From Adineta vaga (taxonomy: Eukaryota; Animalia; Rotifera), in the NCBI GenBank assembly GCA_021613535.1, contig CP075492.1, positions 8,197,653 to 8,261,652 of the forward strand: DNA of 64,000 nt, given 5' to 3'. Below are positions 18,064 to 30,384 of the stretch, piece by piece. Below the pieces are notes generated by a model. It did not search any database, had not been told where the DNA came from, and saw only the letters and a program-made list of their open reading frames with translations. Every line of letters starts with the position of its first letter. Within the stretch, counting starts at the first letter, position 1. The translations under genes and the position numbers were made by a program.

Positions 18064-20309
18064 CTATTTCGGCATCCATCCAATTGGATAACCTTTCGCT
18101 AAATTTTCTGCTTTCAACCATTTATATAATGGTTCGAAGAAATCCAACATTGCTTTTGGTTCAAGTTTCTTTTCGCCTGTTAAATGTTCTAAAATTTCTG
18201 ACCAAGATTTAGATGAACCCATTGCTAACATTTCTTTAAATTGTTGTCCAACTTCTTTATTTCCATAAATATCGCACATATGTAAATTTTTTGTTATTCC
18301 TTTGATTCCACAGAGTGCACGATAGAATTGAAATTGAAGAATATGTGCAATGAAATATCGTGCATAGGGTACATTCGAAGGAATATGATATTTCGCACCA
18401 GCATCGAAATGAATTGCATCACTTCGATGTACAGCTGCCATGATACCACCATGTTCAATACGCAACGCCCACCACATAGAATTCAATTCATGATCACGAT
18501 CTATTTGATTTCGAAAAAGTGCAAAACGATATTTGTCCATCACATAAGCAAATGGAAGAAAAGCAACTTTTTGTAATGCTAAACGTAAAAGATAATTGAT
18601 TTCAAATTCTTTATTAACAGCTTTTTCATCCAAAAAACCCAATTTGATTAAATGTTTTGGAGAAACTAAAATTTTAGAATAAGATTTCAATCTTCGTTTA
18701 TACAAGTAAACAGAACTTACTAGCAAACATGCCAATAGTATCTCCAATAGCTTCATGAAAGCCTGAATTTGCTCCGTCACGATATGCGAAGGGTTGTTTT
18801 TCATCATAAGCCATGAAATATTCTATATGACCCATTTCATGATGAATGGTATAAAAATAATCTTCATCAATTTCCGTGCAAATTTTAACACGATAATCAT
18901 CATGATAACCCATATCAGTGGCCGATGCATGACAAACAACACTGCGATTTTTAGGTTTTTCAAACATACTACGAGCCCAAAATTTAGGTGTCATGGAATA
19001 AAGACCAATAGATGTAAAGAAATCTTCAGCTGTTTTATACATATGGTCAATAGAATATCGATTTTCATGTAATATTTTTGTGATATTCGGGATGGGAGTC
19101 TTCGGATATGGTATAAAATCATCGAAACGTTCATTCCAAGTTTGAGCCCACATATTACCTAGAAAAAAGTTTTTATACGAGATAAAAATCTAAACGAAAG
19201 CATCTACCAAGTAAATGCGCTGGAATAGGTCCACTACAACTGAATTTATTTGGATATATAGCACATAGACGACCTCGAACATATGCATGAAGTTGTTCGT
19301 ATAATGGTGTAATATCTTTGAGAATTTGATCTAACATTTTTTCGAATTCCGTACTATTACCCATCTCATATTCTTCAATCCATTCTTCCTAAAACAAAAA
19401 TTCAATCAGATTGATATGAATATTTTCAGTTATTTACTTACAGCCAGATCAGCATAACCATTTTCTTTACAATTTTTATTCAATAAATCAATGAATGTTA
19501 AATAGACAGGTCGAACTTTCATCCCACAACCATCATGCCATCCTTGCCATGCCCATGTTAAACGATCATAATTTTTTTCTGTTTGCATCAATTGTGTTAA
19601 ATAGGGTTCAATAGTATAACATTGTTTCGTATTTTGTAATTCACAAACAGTTGTTGTTCCATAAATGTCTTCTAATTTTGTACTTAAATTCGAGATTTGT
19701 TTAACTTCATCATCATTATCACTCATTGTACCTTGTGATAAACGACCAAAAATACGTTTTAAATCTTCATTTTGAGAATTTTTCATATATTTATTGAATT
19801 TTTTTGCAATTGGTAATGTTAGTCGATTGAACGGCGATTGAAGTATACGTTGATCACTTAATTTCTTTGCATTTTCCGACGTTATATCTGTTTGATAATT
19901 CCACTCAAGAACCGCACCGACCTGCATAGAACATATCGATATCAACGAATACAAAGTCAATTACTAAGCTTACTTGTGCATAACGTTGCGCAATACGATA
20001 ATACCATTCTATCCATCGTGCTGCAGTGGCTTCATCGGCATAACTTTTAATTTGAGGCATGTTTTTAATCTCCTCATCGTTCAATTGATTCGACAGAAGG
20101 ATATCAACATGATCATTAGAATCAACTTTTATTTGCGGCTTTTCCGATCCCGACAAACTAATTTGCTCTTCAAAGCTGAAATCAATTTTTTCTTGAATAT
20201 AAGTAATAAAATCATGCCATCTTCGTTCAGAAAAATGAGGCCGTTTTTTAGTCGATGATACAAATTGAATTGAACAGATCAATAGAAGAAAATAGATAAT
20301 ATTCTTCAT
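18064..20309 (-). CDS. Angiotensin-converting-enzyme-like zinc metallopeptidase (family M2), single domain, secreted; about 5 exons
   Basis: Signal peptide MKNIIYFLLLICSIQFVSS. Zinc-binding motif HHEMGHIEYF (HEXXH). Downstream EAIGD and many ACE-conserved blocks in ORFs 19430..19960, 18698..19153 and 18064..18807. Confidence 0.8.
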
Positions 20310-21071
20310 TGTATCTAAAAAAGTATCTCCTGCACAACAAAAATATGCATAAATATCTCACTTACTATCCGTATATATGATTGTTTTTTTTTGTCTCCTT
20401 CACTTTCACTCACCAAATGAGTAGGAGACGAAATGATATATTATAATACGACTCAACCAATACGCTGCTAATATGTTACACTAAAAGGTAATCAAGCGTA
20501 GTGTTCGCTTTTTTTACTTACTTGAAAATCGAATAATTTTTTTCACCATGCTTCAGTCATTCTTATCAGTCGTTTCAAACGATAAAAACACAATCATATT
20601 TTTTTTTTCGTATGCCAACACGATTACTATTACTATTTCTTTTTCATTATCGATGTATATTGATAAACACATACCAATAGAAAAGAAAACACTCTTTGGA
20701 TATTCTTTCACTCCTTTCATACATAGACAGAACGGCAATATTATTCACATCAGTCATGAATGCGTTAGTTCTTTAAAAGCAAAATAGCTATTCATGTTCT
20801 GTTTAATTATTGTGCGCTAGGTTTATTTAGTTTTTTCAATACACACACATCGACATATAATGAAAAGAAGGAAAAAAATTGTCCATTCAAGAAATCGATT
20901 GGGTCATAACGTATTCGTTTGTTTATGGCTAAAAGAAAGAGAGAAACAAACAAATTATTTGTTCTTTTTCAATCAAACAAGGAAAGTTTGGAAAATTTGT
21001 GAAAGATAAACATGCGAAAGTGAAAATTCTAAATGATGATTGGAAAAAATATACGTACTCAAGAGAATGGA

Positions 21072-22620
21072 TTACGCTACATAAGATTGATTTTGAAGGA
21101 AAAGATTTTCGTCTATCTCGAATAGGAATTGATTACTAACCTGTTTTTCCATTTGCATTTGTTGTATTGTTTTGGGTGCTGTTGAAGGAAAAAAGGATTC
21201 TTTGGTTGTTTTAGCTGATGTTCCAGAACTTAAACCTCCCAATACATCAAAAGTAGCAAATGGACTTGTTGCCGCTGGTGGTGGAGGTGGTGTTGGTGAG
21301 ATAGGCGATGGAGTCATTAAATTTTGTTGTGGTTGAAGAGGTTGAAAAGGTATTGTTGAAGGCGTCGATGGTCGTTGTTGTTGTTGTTGCTGTTGTATGA
21401 AAGGTGACATATTATTTATTGGATTTGTTTGAGCATAGAAACTGCCATATGGATTCGTGGGTTGTGGTGGTTGTGGGACAGGAGTTGAAAATAAACCCGA
21501 TAATTCATTTGAATTTGTTGTTGATGTTTGATTTGATACTGGTGTAAATGAGATGCCGCCAAGTAAAACCATAGTCTAGATATTAAAAAAAAGTATATAC
21601 AATTCATGTCGTCAATTGTCTATTATTTTAAAACATCGGACTTATTCGATTCAAGTTTTTAGATCTTACATCCACAGACTCTGGTGGTTGTTGTTGAGAG
21701 TTGGATGTTGTGGTATTGTTCGTACCTAACCAATCATCGGATTCCAATATTGGTTGAGGTGCTGGAGCTGGAGTGTCTCCCAAAGTAAAAGCATCATCAA
21801 AGAGTGATGGCTTAAAATGACAAATGTTTAAGAAAAATCAATCAATAGAAAATAATACTTACAGGTGCAGCTGAAACTAACTGTGGTACATGCACAGAAG
21901 ACACTTGTGGTGTTTCCTAAACAAAGAATTATTATTAAGCTCAGTAAACGATGCTTTATATTTCTAAATAGCTACTTGTATTAAATTAATAGTTTCCGAA
22001 GGTACACTTGGTTTTGTTTCGACTTTTGAAGTATCATCTTTTGCTTTTTCAGCATTCGTATATTGTTCAAAAGCCAATTCGAAAAGTTCCTTCAATGCTA
22101 GCACAGTTGCTGCAGCAGCTCGTTCAGTTTTAATAGCCCAAAATTGATGACGATCATCTGATGTATTATAAATATATCCAAATGCTCGAGTATCACGTGG
22201 ATCGATAACAACAAATGATATACGTTCAATTTCATGGCAAGCAATTTGTGCCTGATAATATCGGAAAAAAAATCAAATGTTTATGTTTTGTTATCTGAAT
22301 TCTTTATCACATACTTTAGTTGCTTCATCAAAAATTTTCACAGTATTCATCGTTAAATTTAATTGTATTCTTTGTTTATGTTCACCACGAAGACTTACAA
22401 TAGCTTTTAGTTTTAACATTGAATCAAGACAAATTTTTTCATCACGATCAACTGTTAAATCTTCCATTCCAATGAGTTTTGCTTTAAATGGAAGTCCATC
22501 ACCTTCGAATTTCTTTGTATTGGATCCATTTGCTGTGGCTTTCTTCACTTCATCTTCTTTTTTTGTTGCTAGTGGTGTTGTTGGACTTGCTGGTGGTGTA
22601 GTAGCTACTGTTTCTGACAT
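21072..22620 (-). CDS. DAB: Disabled (Dab) adaptor homolog: N-terminal PTB/PID domain plus Pro/Gln-rich C-terminal region; 5' CDS start at 22620 well supported, 3' end uncertain
   Basis: Block KKFEGDGLPFKAKLIGMEDLTVDRDEKICLDSMLKLKAIVSLRGEHKQRIQLNLTMNTVKIFDEATK matches the Dab1/Dab2 PTB domain. Next exon is HEIERISFVVIDPRDTRAFGYIYNTSDDRHQFWAIKTERAAAATVLALKELFEL. Low-complexity P/Q/S tail in ORF 21072..21572. Confidence 0.6.
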
Positions 22621-23197
22621 TTTAGTATAATTTGTAATAGATGCTAAAACGAATGAAACAAATGAAAAATGCAACACAACTAAAGTTAAATAGATATGAT
22701 AAGAAGAATTTCATTTGTATGTATGTATATATATATATGTGTTGGTGTCGTTTTTTTATTCGTCTGAATAACTAAAAGTAAATAGCAACTGAAAGTGCTT
22801 AAACATGGGTTTAAAATGAAACAACTCAAAGATAACTTTATTCAATAGATAAGTAGATAAATACAAAACGATGTATATTCTCTTTTGTCTTCTCCAAAAG
22901 ATACAAGGAAGTTTTTTGTTTCTCAACGATTTTAACTAACTGAAATGAAAACCATAGAGTTTAATTTTTTTTCAATGAGAAAAATTCTTTTTTTTACTTA
23001 CAAATTGCATTTGTTGAAAAACGCATCTTTCTCTCATTTATTTTAATCATCAATTGTATCACTCATCGACATATATGATCTATTGATTAGATAAGATTTC
23101 TATTTCACGTTTCAAATTTCTTTATTCGATCAATAATGAATATATACATACACAGATATACAATAGATAAAAGAAAAACTTAATACCATGTACATAA

Positions 23198-24379
23198 TTA
23201 CAGATGCAATGCTTTTGAACGTTTCCATGGATATCCAATTGTTAGAGTGGCTGTTGTTTGTGTTAATAATGGTATTGACTGATGAATTAATTGATATTGT
23301 TCATGAGTAGATGAACTATTTAGATTTGTTGGTGTGTCTGTATCATAGATACTAATTGGTTCAAAACAATGATTAAATTTTGTTTTACACTTAATTAAAA
23401 CACGTTTTAATTCACGTCGAAATTTTGAACCAAAGAAAATATAGATATAAAAATTCATTGCAAATGAAATATGATAAATTAAATGAGAATAAGATTCTAA
23501 TTGTTGAAAGAATTTACTTTTAAATGTTCTTTCATTGGATAATAAACGACATGTATGAATGATTGCATATGGTGCACATATAATTAAATAAGATGATGAA
23601 ACAGTTAGTAATAATTTTGTCATGGAACGTGATGCTTTTCGACGTGTAAGTTCCCGAACTTTTCTTAATTGAAAATTATTTGTTTGATAAAGTATTTCAC
23701 CTTGATCATCTCTAATCTGTCGTAAGGAAATTAATATTATTGTATTCATTGTTATGATCATTAAATATGGAATAAGAAAAACAATAAAACAATCGATAAT
23801 ATCCATAATTGCGTTTAAATTTCGAAACTTTTCTAACGAATAACAAAAACCATTAACAATACCAACAATAAATGGAATATAGGAATAAATTAAACCAGCA
23901 ACGATAATGATACATAAAGCTAAACAACGAGATCGATACCATGAAAGAACATAAGATACACGAAACGGTTGAACAACAGCAAATAAACGTTGAGCAGTAA
24001 ATGCAACTGTATAATAAGCATTGATAAAATTACAAACATACGTTAAATATAATGTTGATTGACAAATAAATGGACGATGTAAAATATTAATATAATTTGT
24101 TAACCATAAACAAAATAAAACTAATAAATACAATGTATCCGATATGGCCATATAGAATAGAAATGGATAGACAGATATATTCGAAGTAATTGTTGTTCGT
24201 AATGCTCGTTGACCAAAAACAATAATGACAAAACCATTTCCAATACAACCCGTGACAACTAATAACAATAAATAAATATGTGTAAAGAAAAACTTTACAA
24301 TATTCAAATAATTTAATGATGGTGTCGTCGTAAGAATATTATTTAACGAACTAATTGTCGTATTTGTTAATGAAGCCAT
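23198..24379 (-). CDS. Rhodopsin-like (class A) 7TM receptor, orphan, intronless; paralog of the 508-1740 receptor
   Basis: Single 393-aa ORF with seven TM segments. Motifs MAISDTLYLL (compare LAIFDTLYLL in the other receptor) and NFYIYIFFG (an NPxxY variant). Basic third intracellular loop. Confidence 0.75.
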   Translation of the reverse strand: MASLTNTTISSLNNILTTTPSLNYLNIVKFFFTHIYLLLLVVTGCIGNGFVIIVFGQRALRTTITSNISVYPFLFYMAISDTLYLLVLFCLWLTNYINILHRPFICQSTLYLTYVCNFINAYYTVAFTAQRLFAVVQPFRVSYVLSWYRSRCLALCIIIVAGLIYSYIPFIVGIVNGFCYSLEKFRNLNAIMDIIDCFIVFLIPYLMIITMNTIILISLRQIRDDQGEILYQTNNFQLRKVRELTRRKASRSMTKLLLTVSSSYLIICAPYAIIHTCRLLSNERTFKSKFFQQLESYSHLIYHISFAMNFYIYIFFGSKFRRELKRVLIKCKTKFNHCFEPISIYDTDTPTNLNSSSTHEQYQLIHQSIPLLTQTTATLTIGYPWKRSKALHL

Positions 24380-25753
24380 TTTGTTAATCTAAATAAAAAC
24401 AAATTCAACAAAATGTACTGATAGATTATTAGAACAATAACACTTGAAGAAATGTTTCACGAAGAATAAATTAGTGAAGATACTATCTCTCGATATGCAC
24501 GATGTCGGGAATAATAAAAAGAAAATACTAAACGACGTAAAATAGGAAAAGAAAAGTCTGGACTAAATAAAACCTGTTGTATCTGTCTCGTTCTCACTAA
24601 TGTTTTAATGTTAATATAAAAGTATAGCTAATAGAAAAACAAATCAAATTTTTGATAATCTACTATCTATCTTTGTATTGATGAAAAGTTAGTGATGGAA
24701 TATTTCTATGAGAATACTCTTTGTATTTGAAGTCATTTAGAAAATAAGTCGTGTTTAATGAATAAGAAAATGAGTAGTAAGCTGTGACTTCGACTGATAA
24801 TAAATATATTTAAGAAAAGTACGGGTTGTCATACATGAACAGTGATGTATAATAATATCTCGAAGAGTAAAATCAAGTTGACTCTTAGGAAAGATTTTAA
24901 AGGAGAATTTGATAATCAAATCAAATGTAAACCAGAATAAGAAATCTGTCATTTTTCCGAAGCATATTGTTTTCTATTTTCGAACATTCACCAGAGGTAA
25001 GAATTGAAATTCTGGATATAATCAAAAGAACTGTTTGTCGAAGAACTCTCATTTAATCGGAAGGAAAAGAGGAAGATTAATATAGTGTCAAGCCGAGCTA
25101 AATAAATAACAAGAAAATGAACGAATATGAAAAATGCTTTTTTTTTACCATCCTTATATAAATCAAAGAAGATAATTTGATATTTATGAGATGAAAGAAT
25201 GAAGATACGATTCATTCTCTTGAATAATAGTAAAAAGATTTGTCATTGAATACTTTTCATGTCTTTCATATTTTAGTATCGTCGAAGATCGAATTACTTT
25301 ATTCTTTTCTAAACTAATAAATTTGAAAAAGAAATAAAAGAAATATGGTTGGTTAATGGATATTAGTGTTAATAATTAAATTAATTTCAATAATGAAATA
25401 AAACTTTTACTTTTATTGATAGAAATGTCATTATTAGGTGACCCAGAGTCATCTCAAATCCACACATTTCACTTACTGTAGTTATAGGAATAAAATGTCA
25501 TTTGGAAACTCGTGAATATTTCTAAGAAGCAAAGAGGATACTGTTGAATGAACTCTTTACAACAAATTGTTCTTTTATCACTTGGTTTTTTTCCACATAT
25601 TTTCATCATTTTATTGAAATACTGGTTATTTTACCCTTCAGGCGATATAAAGTCAATAGATCTAACCGATTTTATTTTTCTACATTAAAAAAAATCAACT
25701 AAGAAATTACAAAAAACAAAAGCAAAGTGATAATCATTGAATATTCTAAAATT

Positions 25754-28047
25754 TTACTTCTTCTTTTTCTCGCCAAAACTTTCAGCAATTTGTAAAGTTA
25801 TCTTGTGCCAAGAATTATTCATTACACCACGAATATTCCATATTCCCATGGGCGTATCAGGTTGAGAATTCGTATGTATATCCATAGCACGACAAACAAT
25901 ATCGAACGGCTCAGAAGGTAAATCTTTTAATGGAATGTGTGAAGACCACAATGTCCATGCCCATGCACGCATATATGGTTGAGTAAGTTGTTCCAATTCT
26001 GTTTGTATCCATGTTTTTCTAAATGGGAAGTGAAGATAAGTACTCAATCAATAATTTCCTTTTATGGAAAATTTATTGAGGATTTGCTGTTTAAAGATTA
26101 AAATGTACTTCATTAAAAGTTTGTTTCAAAAATAATTAAGTATCATACGTTATTCAGAGTTTTTTTTTAACTTGAGGAAATACACGCAAAAAGCATTGAC
26201 ACCAAGAGATGATTTTATACAAAGTTCTCAAAATAATAAGTTGTGCAAATTCTCTTCCAGCGATGATATTCATACTTTATTAACGTCATTGAATTTAGTA
26301 CGTAAAAATAAGCTATATGTACTTAATACATTAATTATATCTTTTTATGAAATGCCTTAAGTACTAATTTTAAAAGTGTCTTTGTCAATAAGCTAGCTAT
26401 TATCTTCAGAGTTCGCTCTATAGTCAAGAATGAATAGCAAATTAATTTACCCATGATCAAAGCTAAGCTGTACATTTTGTATCTGTCTTCCACCCCCACT
26501 AACAGCATAACCTTTAATTGTTAATTTTTGATTTTTTATATCATCACTATTCGGTTTAACCGAGAGAATTTTCACTTTATTTCCATCTTCATTTGAGGAC
26601 GGATAACAAATAGCAGATTGAACATTGGACTCTTGTACTGATGGTACACGATCATAATCAACTTGTTGCGGTTGTTTAATTGATGGTGGAAGTACTTTAT
26701 AATCAGCCTTTTGCCAATGACTATCCGATTCTTTACTAGAAACAACAATTCGATTGACCCATTTTACACTTCGAGCCCCAACTGTACCCGGTACAAGTAT
26801 ACGTAACGGGTATCCATGATCACTTGATAAAGTTTCATCATTCATTTGATAGGCAATTAAAACATCATCACTAAGTGCTTTTTCTAATGGAATCGATGCT
26901 CCATAACATCTTAATATATAAGAAAAAATATTTTCAAAAAACAAAATGAAAGCATTTTACCGTTGTGATGTATCACAATCAAGACCAAAAAATTGCACAT
27001 GTGTTCCTTCTTTCGCTAAATCAAATGATTCCAAAACATCACGTAATTTCACACCTGTCCATCGTGCATTTCCAATAGCACCTACATACCATGCTGTACC
27101 TTGTACTGAACCTTGTTGATCATTATTCATTGCTGCACGACGATTTCCTGCACATTGTAAGGCAGATGTAACTGTATGAGATTGATATTTTTCTTTTAAT
27201 TCATCATAGGAAAGTGTATACGTTGATGTTTGATCTCCAATTTCAAGTTTATAATCATTGATATTAACGAATGGTACATGCATATGATTTCGAACATAGA
27301 ATTTATCAACTGGTGTAAGAAATGATGAAACAAGAACTGCAGGTTTTGTTTCCGCATTGAATGGTTTTTCCGAACGAATAAAAAAGTTTTCTTTTGCATT
27401 AATTCGTTCCGGATCATATTGAAATAGATCAAGAACTTCTTCTTGTGATTTTTCGTTTGCTTCTCGTTCACCTAGAAAAAGAAGAATTCCGTCGTTTATT
27501 TTTTCTATTCGTCTTATACCTGGCGGAAGATTTCCTATTCGATATTCTTCTAAGATTTCATAAACATGATCAATTTGATGAATAGTAAATATTTTCCAAC
27601 AAGCTTCTAAAGCTTTACCAGCTGTTTTCAAAATTTGTTTTCCACCTGGATGATTTTCAACAAATGGACTTACATCGTAAACTCCATCTTTATAAGCAAG
27701 CCAATAGCCTGAAAAAAAATAAATTTAAAAATCTTCATTTTTAAAAAAACTTATTTTTGCATAAAACCTTTCTCTTGTGTAGTATGTTTTGCCACTTCAG
27801 TCATGCTATAAGTTGGCAAAGCTGGTTTTCGTTCACCAATACTAATCGACGTTTTTGTATCCGCATGGACAATAGGATTATATTTAGAAAAAAGATAACC
27901 TTGTAAAAAGCAAATGGCATAGTTAAATATCGTTATTATTGAGAGAAAACGATTGATTTTACCTGCAATTAAACCACTGGTTAAACCAACGGTAAGAAGA
28001 GACGATTTTGATTTTTGACGAAAAATAGATGTAAATCTTGATCTCAT
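25754..28047 (-). CDS. SUOX: Sulfite oxidase (mitochondrial presequence, cytochrome b5 heme domain, Moco domain, dimerisation domain); 5 exons, last intron ~413 nt
   Basis: Heme-binding b5 motif HPGG (FVENHPGGKQIL). Moco-domain blocks NHMHVPFVNINDYKLEI and TSALQCAGNRRAAMN (Moco Cys). Dimerisation-domain block YMRAWAWTLWS...IVCRAMDIHTNSQPDTPMGIWNIRGVMNNSWH. Confidence 0.85.
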
Positions 28048-28288
28048 ATTGTTTGCATTAATTAAGGTCTAAATTTTACTCATTTAACATTCTTAACACC
28101 ATCTTTGACATTTTAAATGATTGATCGAATACATCAACCAATAGAATATTGTTTTGCTTTCCATCCATCCATCCATCTATCTACAACTGCAATCAATCGA
28201 ATCATATCGTATGGTGTGATATGTTCTCTTTCACCGTCCATGTTAAATTCTATTTAAATAACTAGTGAATGTTTTTTGAAGTTCATCA

Positions 28289-29541
28289 ATGAGTTTAACA
28301 GGAGTTGTTTCAGAAACACCAAATGTTTTCTTATCTCCCGAACGACTTCTTCTTGAAGTACCTCAAGGTTTACATAATTCTATGGCCATTGCATGGTTAA
28401 TTGTTTGGTATGTTTCATCTGCGACAACACTCTTTTCCAATAAATATATTCTAAGTACATTCAATGGCGATGCTTTTTCCTTAGGTATGAAATCAAAGAG
28501 TTGTTATTTCTTCTTGAATATAATTCGATGTTTATTTATTTATTTATTTATTTATTTCTTCTGTTGTTCAGGAACGAATCAACTTCTTCTCTCTGTTATA
28601 ACAGGCTATATGCAAATACAAATTATCAATCGAATCTCAGCACAAATACATAAAAATCCGTCAACAATTAAAACAATTTTTCAAGATATGATTTTAATTG
28701 GTGCATTTCGTTGTGTCACTGTTATTCTAGGTTTAGTCGCACTTAAATATATTGCTGTTTCATTTGTTGCAACAATCAAATCTTCTTCACCTTTATTTAC
28801 TGTTATTATTAGTCGAATTATATTAGGAGAGAAAACAGGTATTTGGACAAAATTTTCCATGGTACCAATTACAATTGGCCTTGGTCTATGTAGTTCATTT
28901 GAATTGAGTTTTAATGTATTTGGATTTTTCTGTGCCTTGGGAACAAATATATCCGAATGGTAAGTAATTCAAAACTTAGAAATAATACGAATTTCTTTTC
29001 TTTTCTTTTCTTTTAGCTTACAAAATGTGTATTCGAAAATTTTAATCAGTGGTGAACGTTATCGTTATACAGCTGTTGAATTACAATTTTGGGTCAGTTT
29101 AGTTGCCTTTGTTTTTCAACTGCCTTTACTTTATTATAATGTGCATATCCTGTCCGCAATACGTTCAACATCGCCTTCTCTCTTTCTTTTATATGTCTTT
29201 AATGGAATTTCATATCATATTCAATCCGTAGCAGCCTATGCTGTTATGGCATATATATCTCCAATAACACATAGGTAAAATTTAGATACGAATGATTATC
29301 AATTGAATTTTTAAATCCATTTTCTCTTAGTGTGGCTAATACTGTTAAACGAGCATTACTTATTTGGTTATCCGTTCTGATATTTCACAATCCAGTGACA
29401 TTTCTAAGTGGTTTTGGTACATTAACAGTTATATTTGGTGTTATATTATATAATGAAGCACGTGATATGGAGAAAAAAACGGGAAATTCTACAAATTCAG
29501 TAAACAATAACAGTCCAATGATAACATGGAGAGATGTTTAA
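28289..29541 (+). CDS. Solute carrier family 35 / triose-phosphate-transporter-family nucleotide-sugar transporter-like; 4 exons
   Basis: About 10 TM segments. Blocks FNKYILSTF, KYIAVSFVATIKSSSPLFTVIISRIILGEKT and LYNEARDMEKK resemble SLC35E-type transporters. Confidence 0.7.
28530..28557. repeat. (TTTA)n microsatellite inside SLC35 intron 1
   Basis: Run tttatttatttatttatttatttc seen directly. Confidence 0.8.
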
Positions 29542-30384
29542 GCAATAAAAAAGAAAAAAAAATCAGTCTTAACCTTTGTGATATTTACTAATGCAGATTT
29601 TATTTCTTCAATCGAAAATCAATTGAACAAAATTTCTAGCAGATACAAATCGTGACATTGTCGTTTTCTTTTTATTTATTTATTAGGAATTTTTCTTTGC
29701 TTTTGTTATTTCAAGAAAATGTTTGTTTTTCATTTCATGCAATATGATGGTATTAATACAATATAAAAAAAATTATCTGCTACGCTTAACTACATTCATC
29801 AAAGACTTCTTCTTCTTCTTCGCTAGACTAACTTAAGAAAGTTTATAAAGATGATGAAAACTTTTCATCATCGTTTGGATTGATTGCTTTCAAAATAGAA
29901 AGTTCACTTTAGAATTTGAGCTGTTTTGCTTTTGCTATTAAATGAAAACAATTATTGAATGTACGTTGTACATATTTTAAATTCATGAATCATCGTCTGC
30001 TATATTGAACGAAATGAATATATCTGATAAAATATATTTCACAATCAAATGAAACTGCCACGTCTTCTTATTTGCACAATCTTATTGTAACAATTTATGT
30101 CAATCGGCCCTTTCTTGCGTTCTTCTCTAATTCACTCTCTTACAACCCTTTACATTTTTCCTGTCCTTATTTACGGCGTGAATCAACCTTACTCTACTGT
30201 TATTGTCGATTAGTCTTGCAATGTATGTCGTAAGTTGAGATGCATGTCATTTCACAATCAACTGAAAACGAGAGGTTTTTTCATAAATTAACCCCTCTAT
30301 GTTTTATTTTTTTGTATAAACGAACAATCGCATACATAAAAGGAGATATTTTTATTGCAGATTTTTGTCGTTTTTTGAGAAGCA

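Noticed and set aside
20548-20787. ORF 20548..20787 (+) between the ACE-like and Dab genes
   Set aside because: Ile/Thr-rich low-complexity peptide with no hydrophobic or catalytic motifs. It more likely lies in the ACE promoter or 5' flank.
26172-26360. ORF 26172..26360 (+) inside the long last intron of the sulfite oxidase gene
   Set aside because: Short, low-complexity, with no splice context or motif. It is kept only as a reason the intron might merit a look for non-coding transcripts.
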